Sequence record: OM728297.1
Strand: one strand, 5' to 3'
DNA length: 64,000 nucleotides
Shown here piece after piece: positions 37,521 to 46,411 of this stretch. Under the pieces are notes generated by a model. The model worked only from the letters and a program-made list of their open reading frames with translations. It made no database searches and had not been told where the DNA came from. How positions within the stretch are numbered: the first letter of the stretch is position 1; every line of letters begins with the position of its first letter. The position numbers and the translations under genes were made by a program.

Positions 37521-38669
37521 TTATTTGACTCTCAATTTTTGCCCTACATAGATTTTGTTAACATCAGCTAATTTATTCCATGATTTAATTTGATCAATTG
37601 AAGAACCAAATTTCTTAGCGATAGCTGATACATTATCTCCTGCTTTTACAGTATAATACTGTACAGATGATTTAGTAGAACTACCACTAGTAGGAATTTT
37701 AAGTGTTTGTCCTACAGAAATTTTATTTGGATCTTTAATTCCATTAGCTGATGCGATGGCATTAACTGTAGAACCAAATTTCTTAGCAATAGCAGTTAGA
37801 TTATCTCCTGCTTTCACTTTATAAGTTGTAGAGGAGCTAGATGTCTTAGCAGAACTTGTTGGTTTAGAGTTACCACTAAGTTTAAGAACTTGTCCTACAT
37901 AGATTTTATTTGGATCTTTAATTCCATTAATGCTTTGAAGAGTAGAAACAGAAACTCCAAATTTACTAGCAATTTTGGAAAGAACATCACCTTTTTGTAC
38001 TGTGTAAGTACCAGAAGGCTTACTTTCCTTCTTAGGTGCTGATACTGTAACGATAACTTTCTTAGTACCACCAGTAAACCAATTAAGAGATTTATCACCA
38101 TTTAATAAATTCATGTCAAGAGTACCATTGTACCAAGGTACTTTACCATATTCAGTATATTGCCAAATACAACAAGGAAAATCTGGTTTTTTATTCGCAG
38201 TTCCATCGTTACGACCATAACGAGGAATCCATAAGAAGTCAGCATCAACTTTATTTAATCCATAAGACATATAAAGATTATGAGATACATAGTAACCAGT
38301 CTTGTAACCAGCTTTTCTACAAGTATCAATGAATGCTTGAGAAGCTTCTCTAAGATTAGCAGTTCCACAAGATGAAACTGTATCATCCTCAACATCAAGA
38401 GCTAAGAATCTAGCATCTTTATCAATACGGTTTAAGAAATCATTTGCTTCAACAATAGCATCTTTAACTGAGACATAATGTCCATAAGCATAATGACCAA
38501 AAGGAATACCATATCTTTTACAGTTAGCGACATGATTTTTGTATTCTCGGTCAATAGTTTTTGAACCATATTGAACACGGATAATCATAAGATCTACTTC
38601 TTTAGCCGCTCTCGCCCAATCAATTGCACTTGAAGGTTGGTGGTGAGAAATATCAATAATGTAACCCAT
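37521..38669 (-). CDS. Endolysin: GH25 muramidase plus three LysM domains
   Basis: IDISHHQ, LDVE, WQY, LDMN; three YTV..GD.L..IA.KFG LysM repeats; late promoter at 38697..38708. Confidence 0.93.
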   Translation of the reverse strand: MGYIIDISHHQPSSAIDWARAAKEVDLMIIRVQYGSKTIDREYKNHVANCKRYGIPFGHYAYGHYVSVKDAIVEANDFLNRIDKDARFLALDVEDDTVSSCGTANLREASQAFIDTCRKAGYKTGYYVSHNLYMSYGLNKVDADFLWIPRYGRNDGTANKKPDFPCCIWQYTEYGKVPWYNGTLDMNLLNGDKSLNWFTGGTKKVIVTVSAPKKESKPSGTYTVQKGDVLSKIASKFGVSVSTLQSINGIKDPNKIYVGQVLKLSGNSKPTSSAKTSSSSTTYKVKAGDNLTAIAKKFGSTVNAIASANGIKDPNKISVGQTLKIPTSGSSTKSSVQYYTVKAGDNVSAIAKKFGSSIDQIKSWNKLADVNKIYVGQKLRVK

Positions 38670-38733
38670 ATATAAAATTCCTCCTTTAATTAAGATTAAT
38701 AGAATGTTACTTTAATAATAAAATAAATTATAA

Positions 38734-40521
38734 TTATACAGCTACAGGTATATTGTTGATCTGTTTATCATCTTCAAGCATCCAAGGTTTTCCTTCGTAT
38801 AGACTATTAGCCAAGGTAGTACTTTTAGATGACGTTGAGACTAATGGTGCTGACATAGATGCACCTTCTGTTGCCGCATATGCTTGTAGATCATTTATTA
38901 ATACTTTTTCAGTATTTACTAAATTTAATCCACGTCCACCTGAAATATTGGTTGTAATATAAATACGTTCGAATCGATGACCCATACCACCTGTTATTTG
39001 AATTGGTACAATATATTTAGATTCTAATACCTTAATATCCTTCATAAATAAACGATATTTTGTTGCCACCCCAAGTATACTTAAATTCTTAGATTTTTTG
39101 ACAGTAATATTATCAAATAGAACTTGGCTTTCTGCATCGAAATCTATACCATAAGATTGATTCTCAATGTCATTAAAATCCACAAGAATATTTAAAAAGT
39201 TCACTTCTGATGATCTAATTCGAATTCCTGAATAGCATCCTATTGCATGGAAATCTTTAATTCGAATACTTGTTGATCTAAAAATATCTAAACCTCTTGT
39301 TGATGAGTTATAAGCCTCATTTCCTATTAAAGAAATATTTGAAGAGGTATCAATTGAGAAAGCAATTCCATTTTCATTCATTACTTTATTACCTGAAATG
39401 GTTACATTGTCAGCATAATAGGCAACTATGCCAACTGCAGATTCATGCATCTCATCAATTATATTACCAATAATATTAACACCTTTTCCTCGTGCATCAA
39501 TACCTTTATTAAATCCTTTGATTGTATTTCCAATAATCAAGGAATTATTACATTTTTGAGAAGATGATACACCATCTCCTTGAATGGCAGTATTTTTACC
39601 ATCAGTACGAACCATTGTATTATTAGAAATAAGTGTATCAGTACCACTTCCATAATTAATTACATGGTCAGCCTGATTGTTTACAATACGTACACCATAA
39701 CCATTGAAGTTACTTACTGAAGCATTTATATTCCCTATAAATGTACATCCTTCAATAAGTACATCTCTAATTTCCTCATAGTCAATAGAACCTTCTCCAT
39801 AACCTTCAATATCAATACCAAAACGAGGGGCACAACCATCATCAGCACCAGCTTTAGTAATTATACAATTCTTAATTCTAACTACCTCTGCCGCTGTAAC
39901 TGAAATATTATTACGTCTATTATTGGAAATAAAACATTTCTCAATATGAATATTGTAACAATAATGGTATTCTGTTCCTGTATAGTTAAGTAATCCTTTA
40001 GCACCAAGAAAAATTCCATCACCTGTAAAATCCATGATTTTTAGTTTTTCAACATAGCCATCATGAGCACCATGAAAGTAAATACCATATCCCCATTCAT
40101 GACTTTTCTTTTGCCCATCTTTTCCTTGAAAACTATAATCATGATCATAACGTTCTCCGACTAAGTAACCTCCTCCTGAAAATGAAACATTTTTTTCACT
40201 AGGGGCTACATAGAATAAAGTATAGCCATAAGAACCATTAGGTGCTACTTTTAATGTAGTATCAGGGGTGATTTCAATTTCTATATTTCCCGGAACACGA
40301 ATTCCAGCACCAATTTCAGGACTTGTTGTTGTATTACTTACTCCATTAATCATATAGGTTCCTTTGGGTAATGTTACTTTGTAGTAACCTTCTGATTTTG
40401 CATACTCAATAGCTTTAATAAAACCATCTTTGTTAACAGTAGCATTAACAGGATCTGTACCTTCAACAATTCCCCATTGTGTTGGATTGATTACATAACT
40501 ATTCAATCTTATTCCCCCCAA
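38734..40521 (-). CDS. Right-handed beta-helix (pectate-lyase-like) tailspike/depolymerase
   Basis: GDGI, NNRRNNISV, GIDIE and repeated I.GN.I rungs. Confidence 0.8.
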   Translation of the reverse strand: MGGIRLNSYVINPTQWGIVEGTDPVNATVNKDGFIKAIEYAKSEGYYKVTLPKGTYMINGVSNTTTSPEIGAGIRVPGNIEIEITPDTTLKVAPNGSYGYTLFYVAPSEKNVSFSGGGYLVGERYDHDYSFQGKDGQKKSHEWGYGIYFHGAHDGYVEKLKIMDFTGDGIFLGAKGLLNYTGTEYHYCYNIHIEKCFISNNRRNNISVTAAEVVRIKNCIITKAGADDGCAPRFGIDIEGYGEGSIDYEEIRDVLIEGCTFIGNINASVSNFNGYGVRIVNNQADHVINYGSGTDTLISNNTMVRTDGKNTAIQGDGVSSSQKCNNSLIIGNTIKGFNKGIDARGKGVNIIGNIIDEMHESAVGIVAYYADNVTISGNKVMNENGIAFSIDTSSNISLIGNEAYNSSTRGLDIFRSTSIRIKDFHAIGCYSGIRIRSSEVNFLNILVDFNDIENQSYGIDFDAESQVLFDNITVKKSKNLSILGVATKYRLFMKDIKVLESKYIVPIQITGGMGHRFERIYITTNISGGRGLNLVNTEKVLINDLQAYAATEGASMSAPLVSTSSKSTTLANSLYEGKPWMLEDDKQINNIPVAV

Positions 40522-40611
40522 TATTTATTTAAAAATTAATATGGTAAATAGAAGATTAATAGATTAAATATACTTAGTGGTGTTAAAAATATCAACACCA
40601 CTATGGATTTA

Positions 40612-41490
40612 CTAAGACATTACTACTACACGATATTGATCTAATGTAGGTGCTTGAGAGAAACTAACTGTGATATTGTTTTCATCTACTCTGACAACAT
40701 CTGTACTTACATTAGCAAATGTTTCATTATCAAAAACTTGAACTATAACATCACGAGTATTAAAGTTATGATTAATTGTAAAAGAGGTAGTAGCTCCATC
40801 CCCAATAGTTGTTGCAAATTTAGGGTTAAGACTACCTACAATTTTCAATCCATCAGCATCTGTTGCTAAACGTGAATCATTTAATTTAATTTTTAGGCTA
40901 CCATCAGTATTTTGCTCTAAACCAAGACCAGCTAGATCTGTTCCTAATTTAGATTTTGTAATTGAACGATCAATTACTTCTAGCTGATTTCCAACATTAA
41001 GACCAATAGAAATATTATCAATTTTTACATTAAATGTATCATCAACATTTTCTAAACCTCTACCAGCATTAATTGTAGTTAGATCGGCGATTGACCAAGT
41101 ACTATTAGCATACTTGAAAAATTGTTTATCGCTTTTGCTAAATAATAATACACCATCACCTTTAGATGAAACATCATAGGTAACAACAAATTTAGATCCA
41201 TCATATTGGACGATATCTCCAGCTTCTAGACCTTCAATTGTTCCAAATGATGGATCAAGTGTAGTTGGATCTTTAATTACATAACGATCTCCAACAACAG
41301 GAGAATCAATTACCAATGTAGCATCAGATTGGATTGCTTTTACATCATTTTGAAAATCAAAATCAGTAATTGCTTTATCGATCTTATTTTCTACAAAGGA
41401 TTTACTTACTAAATCAGATCCTTCAGTTGGATTAGGTAAATTGACAATTTTAGCCACTCCACCCAAATCAATATTACTAAGAACTTTCAT
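40612..41490 (-). CDS. Tail fibre-associated protein
   Basis: C-terminal HNFNTRDVIVQV...NNITVSF module; late promoter at 41516..41527. Confidence 0.6.
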   Translation of the reverse strand: MKVLSNIDLGGVAKIVNLPNPTEGSDLVSKSFVENKIDKAITDFDFQNDVKAIQSDATLVIDSPVVGDRYVIKDPTTLDPSFGTIEGLEAGDIVQYDGSKFVVTYDVSSKGDGVLLFSKSDKQFFKYANSTWSIADLTTINAGRGLENVDDTFNVKIDNISIGLNVGNQLEVIDRSITKSKLGTDLAGLGLEQNTDGSLKIKLNDSRLATDADGLKIVGSLNPKFATTIGDGATTSFTINHNFNTRDVIVQVFDNETFANVSTDVVRVDENNITVSFSQAPTLDQYRVVVMS

Positions 41491-41530
41491 GACAACACCA
41501 TCCTTTATACCAGAATAATTTTTTGTTCTA

Positions 41531-42010
41531 TCAATCGACTATCAAAGTGAATATTTCATCATCGTCTGTTGGAGTTTTTAATAAAATAGAATTAGTACTC
41601 TGGTCTTCAGTATAGTCAATATTTAAGTCTTGAAATACACCATTCCTATATATTTTTAATGAACCACCAGTATTAAAGCTAAAAGGTACTGTAAAAGATG
41701 ATTGACCTTTTAATGGGGCTATTGTTTCTCTTTTCTTACTATTAGATCCATCAGTTATAGGTTTAAATATTGAACCATTCCAAATATAAATTTTATAATT
41801 ATCTTTTGTAAGATATAATTTATTTTGTATTTTTTCAGTCAAAGAATTTAATTCATCTTCACTTTCTACAACTATAAGATCTGATATTTTTAATTTTTGC
41901 CCATTACTTCCTACTATATATAAATTTCTTTCATTAGTAAAAATAATAGTTCCTATAGTACTAATTGAATTTATTAATGATTCTTTAATAGCTCTAAATG
42001 ATAATTTCAA
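41531..42010 (-). CDS. Putative tail/fibre structural protein
   Basis: VYRNG..Q...DY-type C-terminal module. Confidence 0.55.
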   Translation of the reverse strand: MKLSFRAIKESLINSISTIGTIIFTNERNLYIVGSNGQKLKISDLIVVESEDELNSLTEKIQNKLYLTKDNYKIYIWNGSIFKPITDGSNSKKRETIAPLKGQSSFTVPFSFNTGGSLKIYRNGVFQDLNIDYTEDQSTNSILLKTPTDDDEIFTLIVD

Positions 42011-42055
42011 TTATTTTACCTCCTTATTCTTTTAGTTAATAATTTTTTGAAAAAT

Positions 42056-42418
42056 TTATAAATTAAATTCTTCCCATTCAAGAGATACACTATCACTTGC
42101 AATAAATTTTTCTTCTGCTACAGAGTATGATAGAATCGACTTATCTTTTATATTGGTCATATCTACATCCGACATTTCAGATAATTTGGAAATAATTTTC
42201 TCTGCTTCCCATTTATTACTAATAGAATTGTAAGTTAGAACGAATCCATTCTCAATAGTTGGGTTAATACTAACATCAGATAGAGAAGAAAGGTTTAACT
42301 TACTTTCGATCTCTTGAATAATTCTATCAGGAGACCATGCATGATCCGTTCCAGTAGTATTATCATCTATAACAATACCACTTACTTTATTTTGGTAAAA
42401 TCTAGGCACTATAATCAC
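42056..42418 (-). CDS. Putative tail/fibre structural protein
   Basis: LSDV...G.VL.YN...KW repeats; late promoter at 42440..42451. Confidence 0.55.
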   Translation of the reverse strand: MIIVPRFYQNKVSGIVIDDNTTGTDHAWSPDRIIQEIESKLNLSSLSDVSINPTIENGFVLTYNSISNKWEAEKIISKLSEMSDVDMTNIKDKSILSYSVAEEKFIASDSVSLEWEEFNL

Positions 42419-42541
42419 ATCCCTATATTATTTAGATTTTAATAAGTTGTTCTCGTTTGTTCTAACTATTATTAATTCTTTTTAAAATTTAAAAGAATAG
42501 ATAACAGTTATATAGTTTGGAGAAATTTCAAACTGAAAAAT

Positions 42542-42554
42542 AAATATATATTAT
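42542..42554 (+). promoter_or_regulatory. Early promoter AAATATATATTAT
   Basis: Exact motif. Confidence 0.8.
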
Positions 42555-42638
42555 TTTATTGAAAAATCTAAGATAATAGGTAACAAGCTATTACTTTAGA
42601 TTAAATAAAAATTACTTATATTACAGGAGGAATTTATC

Positions 42639-43406
42639 ATGGCATTGAAAAAGAAAGTAGTTCGCCCTAAAACATCTGGGGAAGTAGCGGCAGAAAAAGC
42701 AAAAGAGGAAGAAGTACAACAGCCAGTAGTAGAAACAACTGAGGAACCTAAAGTAGAAGCTAAAGAAGAAAAGAAAGCTACACCTAAGAAAAATGTTGCT
42801 AAAGCTACTAAAGAAGAAAAAGCTGAAGCTACATATACAGAAGAAAAACAAGAAGAGCCAGTAGAAGAAGTAGTTGAGGAACCTAAAGAAGAGAAAAAAG
42901 AAACTAAAACATCTCCTAAGAAAAAACCAGCAAGTAAAAAAGAAGCTAATAAAACTATTGCTCTTAAATCAGTTAATGACTCAGAAGAAGAAAGTGATAA
43001 TTCTGGTGGTCGTCGTGCTACTAGAAAATCTGTAATGAAACAAGTTCAAAAACATTTGGAAGATCAAGGAATTTCTATCACCCTAGACGCAGTTACAACT
43101 GTTGTAGGTGCTTTTGAAGAAGTTTTAGATGAAGTAACAAATCATAAAGATTTCAAATTTATGAACTCAATGATTAAGCGTCAAGAGCGTTCTGGTCAAG
43201 TTTATAAATCTCCAAAGGCTGGGTATGACTCCTATAAAGCTGATCGTGTAGTAAAAACATTTACAAAAGATACAACTAATGTAGACAAGTTCCGTGGTCA
43301 ATATCTGAAAGATGAAGGTAAATTTATTGCTGATGGTAAATTCAACTATGATACTGGTGAATTCGATCCTGTAGAACTTGAAATTGAAGTTGGTAAGAAA
43401 AAATAA
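42639..43406 (+). CDS. HU/IHF-like DNA-binding protein with long K/E-rich N-terminal extension
   Basis: RQERSGQVYKSPKAG...VVKTF aligns to HU VRERSARKGRNPQTG...VPAF. Confidence 0.6.
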   Translation: MALKKKVVRPKTSGEVAAEKAKEEEVQQPVVETTEEPKVEAKEEKKATPKKNVAKATKEEKAEATYTEEKQEEPVEEVVEEPKEEKKETKTSPKKKPASKKEANKTIALKSVNDSEEESDNSGGRRATRKSVMKQVQKHLEDQGISITLDAVTTVVGAFEEVLDEVTNHKDFKFMNSMIKRQERSGQVYKSPKAGYDSYKADRVVKTFTKDTTNVDKFRGQYLKDEGKFIADGKFNYDTGEFDPVELEIEVGKKK

Positions 43407-43413
43407 TATAAGA

Positions 43414-43452
43414 TAATGAAGGTAAATGAGATTATCTCATTTACCTTCATTA
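43414..43452. terminator. Perfect 19-bp inverted repeat
   Basis: TAATGAAGGTAAATGAGAT-t-ATCTCATTTACCTTCATTA. Confidence 0.7.
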
Positions 43453-43478
43453 ATATTGTAAGGGGAATTATTTTTTAG

Positions 43479-43880
43479 ATGAAGAAAATAAAAGTTAGAG
43501 ATATCATTAATAACTCTCATAAATCAGCAAATGATATAATTCTTGGTGTGGTAAGTTTAATTGAAGATGCAGAAGTCATTATAAAAGTTGATGACTTATT
43601 AAAAGAAAGAAATTTATCTCAAAAAGATTTAGCTCAAATGACTAATTTAAGAACTGCAACAATCTCTGAATTTATAAATGGAAAAGGAACAGTTTTAAAT
43701 AAATCAAAATTATTAAGAATAATGGTAGCATTACAAGTTACTAAGATAGATGACATAATTGAGATCAGGCTTCCAGAATCTATTAAAGAAAAATATATTC
43801 TAAACAGTGAACAATGGAAAAAGAAACGAGAAATTCCTTTTGAAGTTAAGGAAATGTATAGAAACAATAACCCAAAATAA
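43479..43880 (+). CDS. XRE-family HTH regulator
   Basis: LLKERNLSQKDLAQMTNLRTATISEFING. Confidence 0.85.
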   Translation: MKKIKVRDIINNSHKSANDIILGVVSLIEDAEVIIKVDDLLKERNLSQKDLAQMTNLRTATISEFINGKGTVLNKSKLLRIMVALQVTKIDDIIEIRLPESIKEKYILNSEQWKKKREIPFEVKEMYRNNNPK

Positions 43881-43898
43881 TAGATTAAGGGGATCTAT

Positions 43899-44396
43899 AT
43901 GAGACCAGATTTTACTGATAGAAATATTATCTATAATAAAAACATTTACGGAATAGGGTATTATAATAAAAAGAGAAAGAGATATGAATGGTTAGATGAA
44001 TCTGTAAGTAATCTTCCGTTATTTACTTTTTCATTGAGAGATCTGATTAGTCTAATTTCAAGGGATGAACAATCTAAATTAGACAATGGTTGGGAAATTT
44101 ATCAAATGAAAGTAACTCTGGAGGATATTTCAAATATTTCGGGATCACCAACAGACCTAGAAAATTTAATGGTTAGTATGTCTAAAGAAATTTGTTTTCC
44201 AGTCATTAATAGAATCTATTTTGCTATTTTTAATGGAGAAGGAGTTTATTGGACACTTGACTCATTAAGTAAAAATCTTGACAACCAGAAATTTGTTAAA
44301 TTTGAAATTACTGAAATGCCTACACTAGTTGAGAGAACCAATGACCATCATATTACTTTAAATAATTGTAGTTATGATATAACTATTTTAAACTAA
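43899..44396 (+). CDS. Hypothetical protein, paralogous to the N-domain of 44453..45403
   Basis: YGIG...PLF...LISLIS.D...WEIY. Confidence 0.7.
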   Translation: MRPDFTDRNIIYNKNIYGIGYYNKKRKRYEWLDESVSNLPLFTFSLRDLISLISRDEQSKLDNGWEIYQMKVTLEDISNISGSPTDLENLMVSMSKEICFPVINRIYFAIFNGEGVYWTLDSLSKNLDNQKFVKFEITEMPTLVERTNDHHITLNNCSYDITILN

Positions 44397-44452
44397 TTCT
44401 TAAAATGATTTAATAGATATATAAGATTTATTTTTTGGGAGGAAGTATAACA

Positions 44453-45403
44453 ATGAAAACAGTTTTATACGCAATAGGAACGCCATTAGGAGAAACTGGT
44501 AAATTTAGTTTTATACCTAATGCCAATAATGATGGTCCAATGTTTGTTGAAGATAAAGAAAAATTGATTAAACTAATTTCAGATGATCCAGTAGCTTTTG
44601 ATACATGGAATATATACGAATTTCCAGTGTTAGTACATGACATAGACTATTATAGTGATTTTAGAGAAAAATCTTCTTTTAATTTAAGAAAAAATGAAAA
44701 ATTTACTTGTTACTATAATAGTATTACTAAAGAGTTATTATGGAATTTTAAGCCTGATGAATTATTATGTGGAAAACCTGTTAGAATAACGATTTTAGAT
44801 AATCCTAGAATTATTAATGATAAAATAATCAATGACAATACTCATTACACTTCAAGAGTTTCTGAAGATATTCTTGAATTTAATTTTGATTTATTTATGA
44901 AAGTACAAAGAGAAATTTATTTAAAATATGAATTAAATACTAAAGATGAAGGAATTCACTTAACTGATAGATATTTTATGCAAATCTTTGAAGAGATTCA
45001 TGAAGTAAAAAGAGAAGAAAATGATATGAAGGTAATAGAAGAAATATTAGATATTGTTATGTACCTCGGAAGTACATATTGCACATTTGATAAAAGCCTA
45101 ATTGATCATGGTAAAAAAGTTTTTGTCAAGAAAGGCTATGAATATGGTTTTACTAAAAAAGATATTCATGCTTTAATGGATAGAGTATCTTCGAGTTTAA
45201 TGGTTGTAAGACGTTTGTATCCAGAAAGAAAATGGCATAGAAAGAATAGTAATACTATTGAAAACAGAGATAAAATTGCTATGGATACAATTAGAGAATT
45301 AATTTGGGAATTATTAGAGTATGTATTATTTATTAACCTAAATGGCTTTAATGGTGTTATTGATTCTATGATGATTACTAAGCAATTGAAAAATCTAAAA
45401 TAA
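44453..45403 (+). CDS. Fusion: duplicated N-domain plus MazG-like all-alpha NTP pyrophosphatase
   Basis: FEEIHE...EEILD (EExxE...ExxD). Confidence 0.55.
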   Translation: MKTVLYAIGTPLGETGKFSFIPNANNDGPMFVEDKEKLIKLISDDPVAFDTWNIYEFPVLVHDIDYYSDFREKSSFNLRKNEKFTCYYNSITKELLWNFKPDELLCGKPVRITILDNPRIINDKIINDNTHYTSRVSEDILEFNFDLFMKVQREIYLKYELNTKDEGIHLTDRYFMQIFEEIHEVKREENDMKVIEEILDIVMYLGSTYCTFDKSLIDHGKKVFVKKGYEYGFTKKDIHALMDRVSSSLMVVRRLYPERKWHRKNSNTIENRDKIAMDTIRELIWELLEYVLFINLNGFNGVIDSMMITKQLKNLK

Positions 45404-45439
45404 AAGATTGTTGTAGTTTTATTTAAAGGAGAGACTAAG

Positions 45440-45796
45440 ATGGCTGAATATTTGAAAATACCTAGTAAATTTAATGAAATTATAGAATTATTGAATAAAC
45501 ATGAATATAAAGATATTACTTGGAGTACTACACATGGATTTTACATTAGAGACTGTGCTGGATCATCCATTGACGTTAGATTTAATTTTAATATTAATAG
45601 ATTTCTCGTGACTATAAGAGGAAGAAATTATGAAAATATTAATATTGATGAATTACAAGAATATATTGATGAATTAAATGAGACTAAAAATCTAATTGAT
45701 AAATTAAATAAGCTTCTTGAAGTAGATGATATCCCTGTACCAGATCTAGATGGTGATATTACCACTGAAAAAACTGAAGATGGACATGATTTTTAA
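45440..45796 (+). CDS. Hypothetical protein
   Basis: ORF track; resembles the N-domain of 22393..23484. Confidence 0.7.
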   Translation: MAEYLKIPSKFNEIIELLNKHEYKDITWSTTHGFYIRDCAGSSIDVRFNFNINRFLVTIRGRNYENINIDELQEYIDELNETKNLIDKLNKLLEVDDIPVPDLDGDITTEKTEDGHDF

Positions 45797-45827
45797 TAAT
45801 AATAATAATTAATAGGGGGATTAACGA

Positions 45828-46229
45828 ATGAAGATAGATAATTGGTCAGCTTTAAGACAGCGATTAGTTGAGATTTATATTGGGGAAGTTGCCTGTAAGA
45901 AAGAAATTCAACATGTTCATAATGTCCTAAAAGAAATAGAAAGATTAAATGCTTTAGCATTAGATCCATTTGACAGGGCTTTAAAATTATTAAATGAATA
46001 TAATAACTCTGGTTTTGAATCTTTACAAGATGATTATAAACTTATTTTCTCAATTAAAGATTGTTTTGAAAATAGAATTTCAGAAGAACAGAGATGGTCT
46101 ATGCTAAAATTTTATTTAGAACTTAACCTAAAAGAAAACTATGAACATAATAATCCAAAATTAATTCCTTATTTAGAATCTACATTGAAACTAATGAATG
46201 ATCTTGAAATGGAAGTTAATAATCATTAA
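45828..46229 (+). CDS. Hypothetical protein with internal duplication (two WS.L... units)
   Basis: ORF track. Confidence 0.65.
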   Translation: MKIDNWSALRQRLVEIYIGEVACKKEIQHVHNVLKEIERLNALALDPFDRALKLLNEYNNSGFESLQDDYKLIFSIKDCFENRISEEQRWSMLKFYLELNLKENYEHNNPKLIPYLESTLKLMNDLEMEVNNH

Positions 46230-46411
46230 TTTTAATGAAAATAATTAACAAGAAAATAATAATGGGTAATAAGGGTTATAATAATATAACTCTTATTATT
46301 CTATTATTAATATTAAAATATTAATTTTTTTATTATATAAACAATATTATATAATATAATTTATAAATAATTATTTTTTTTTTATTTTATAAGTAAAGAA
46401 GGTGAAATAGT

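Noticed and set aside
2082-40869. Remaining short antisense ORFs in the track (e.g. 2082, 4790, 5201, 7854, 10848, 28701, 33133, 35304, 37094, 38753, 40654)
   Set aside because: Opposite to long well-supported genes, without RBS or promoter; expected by chance.
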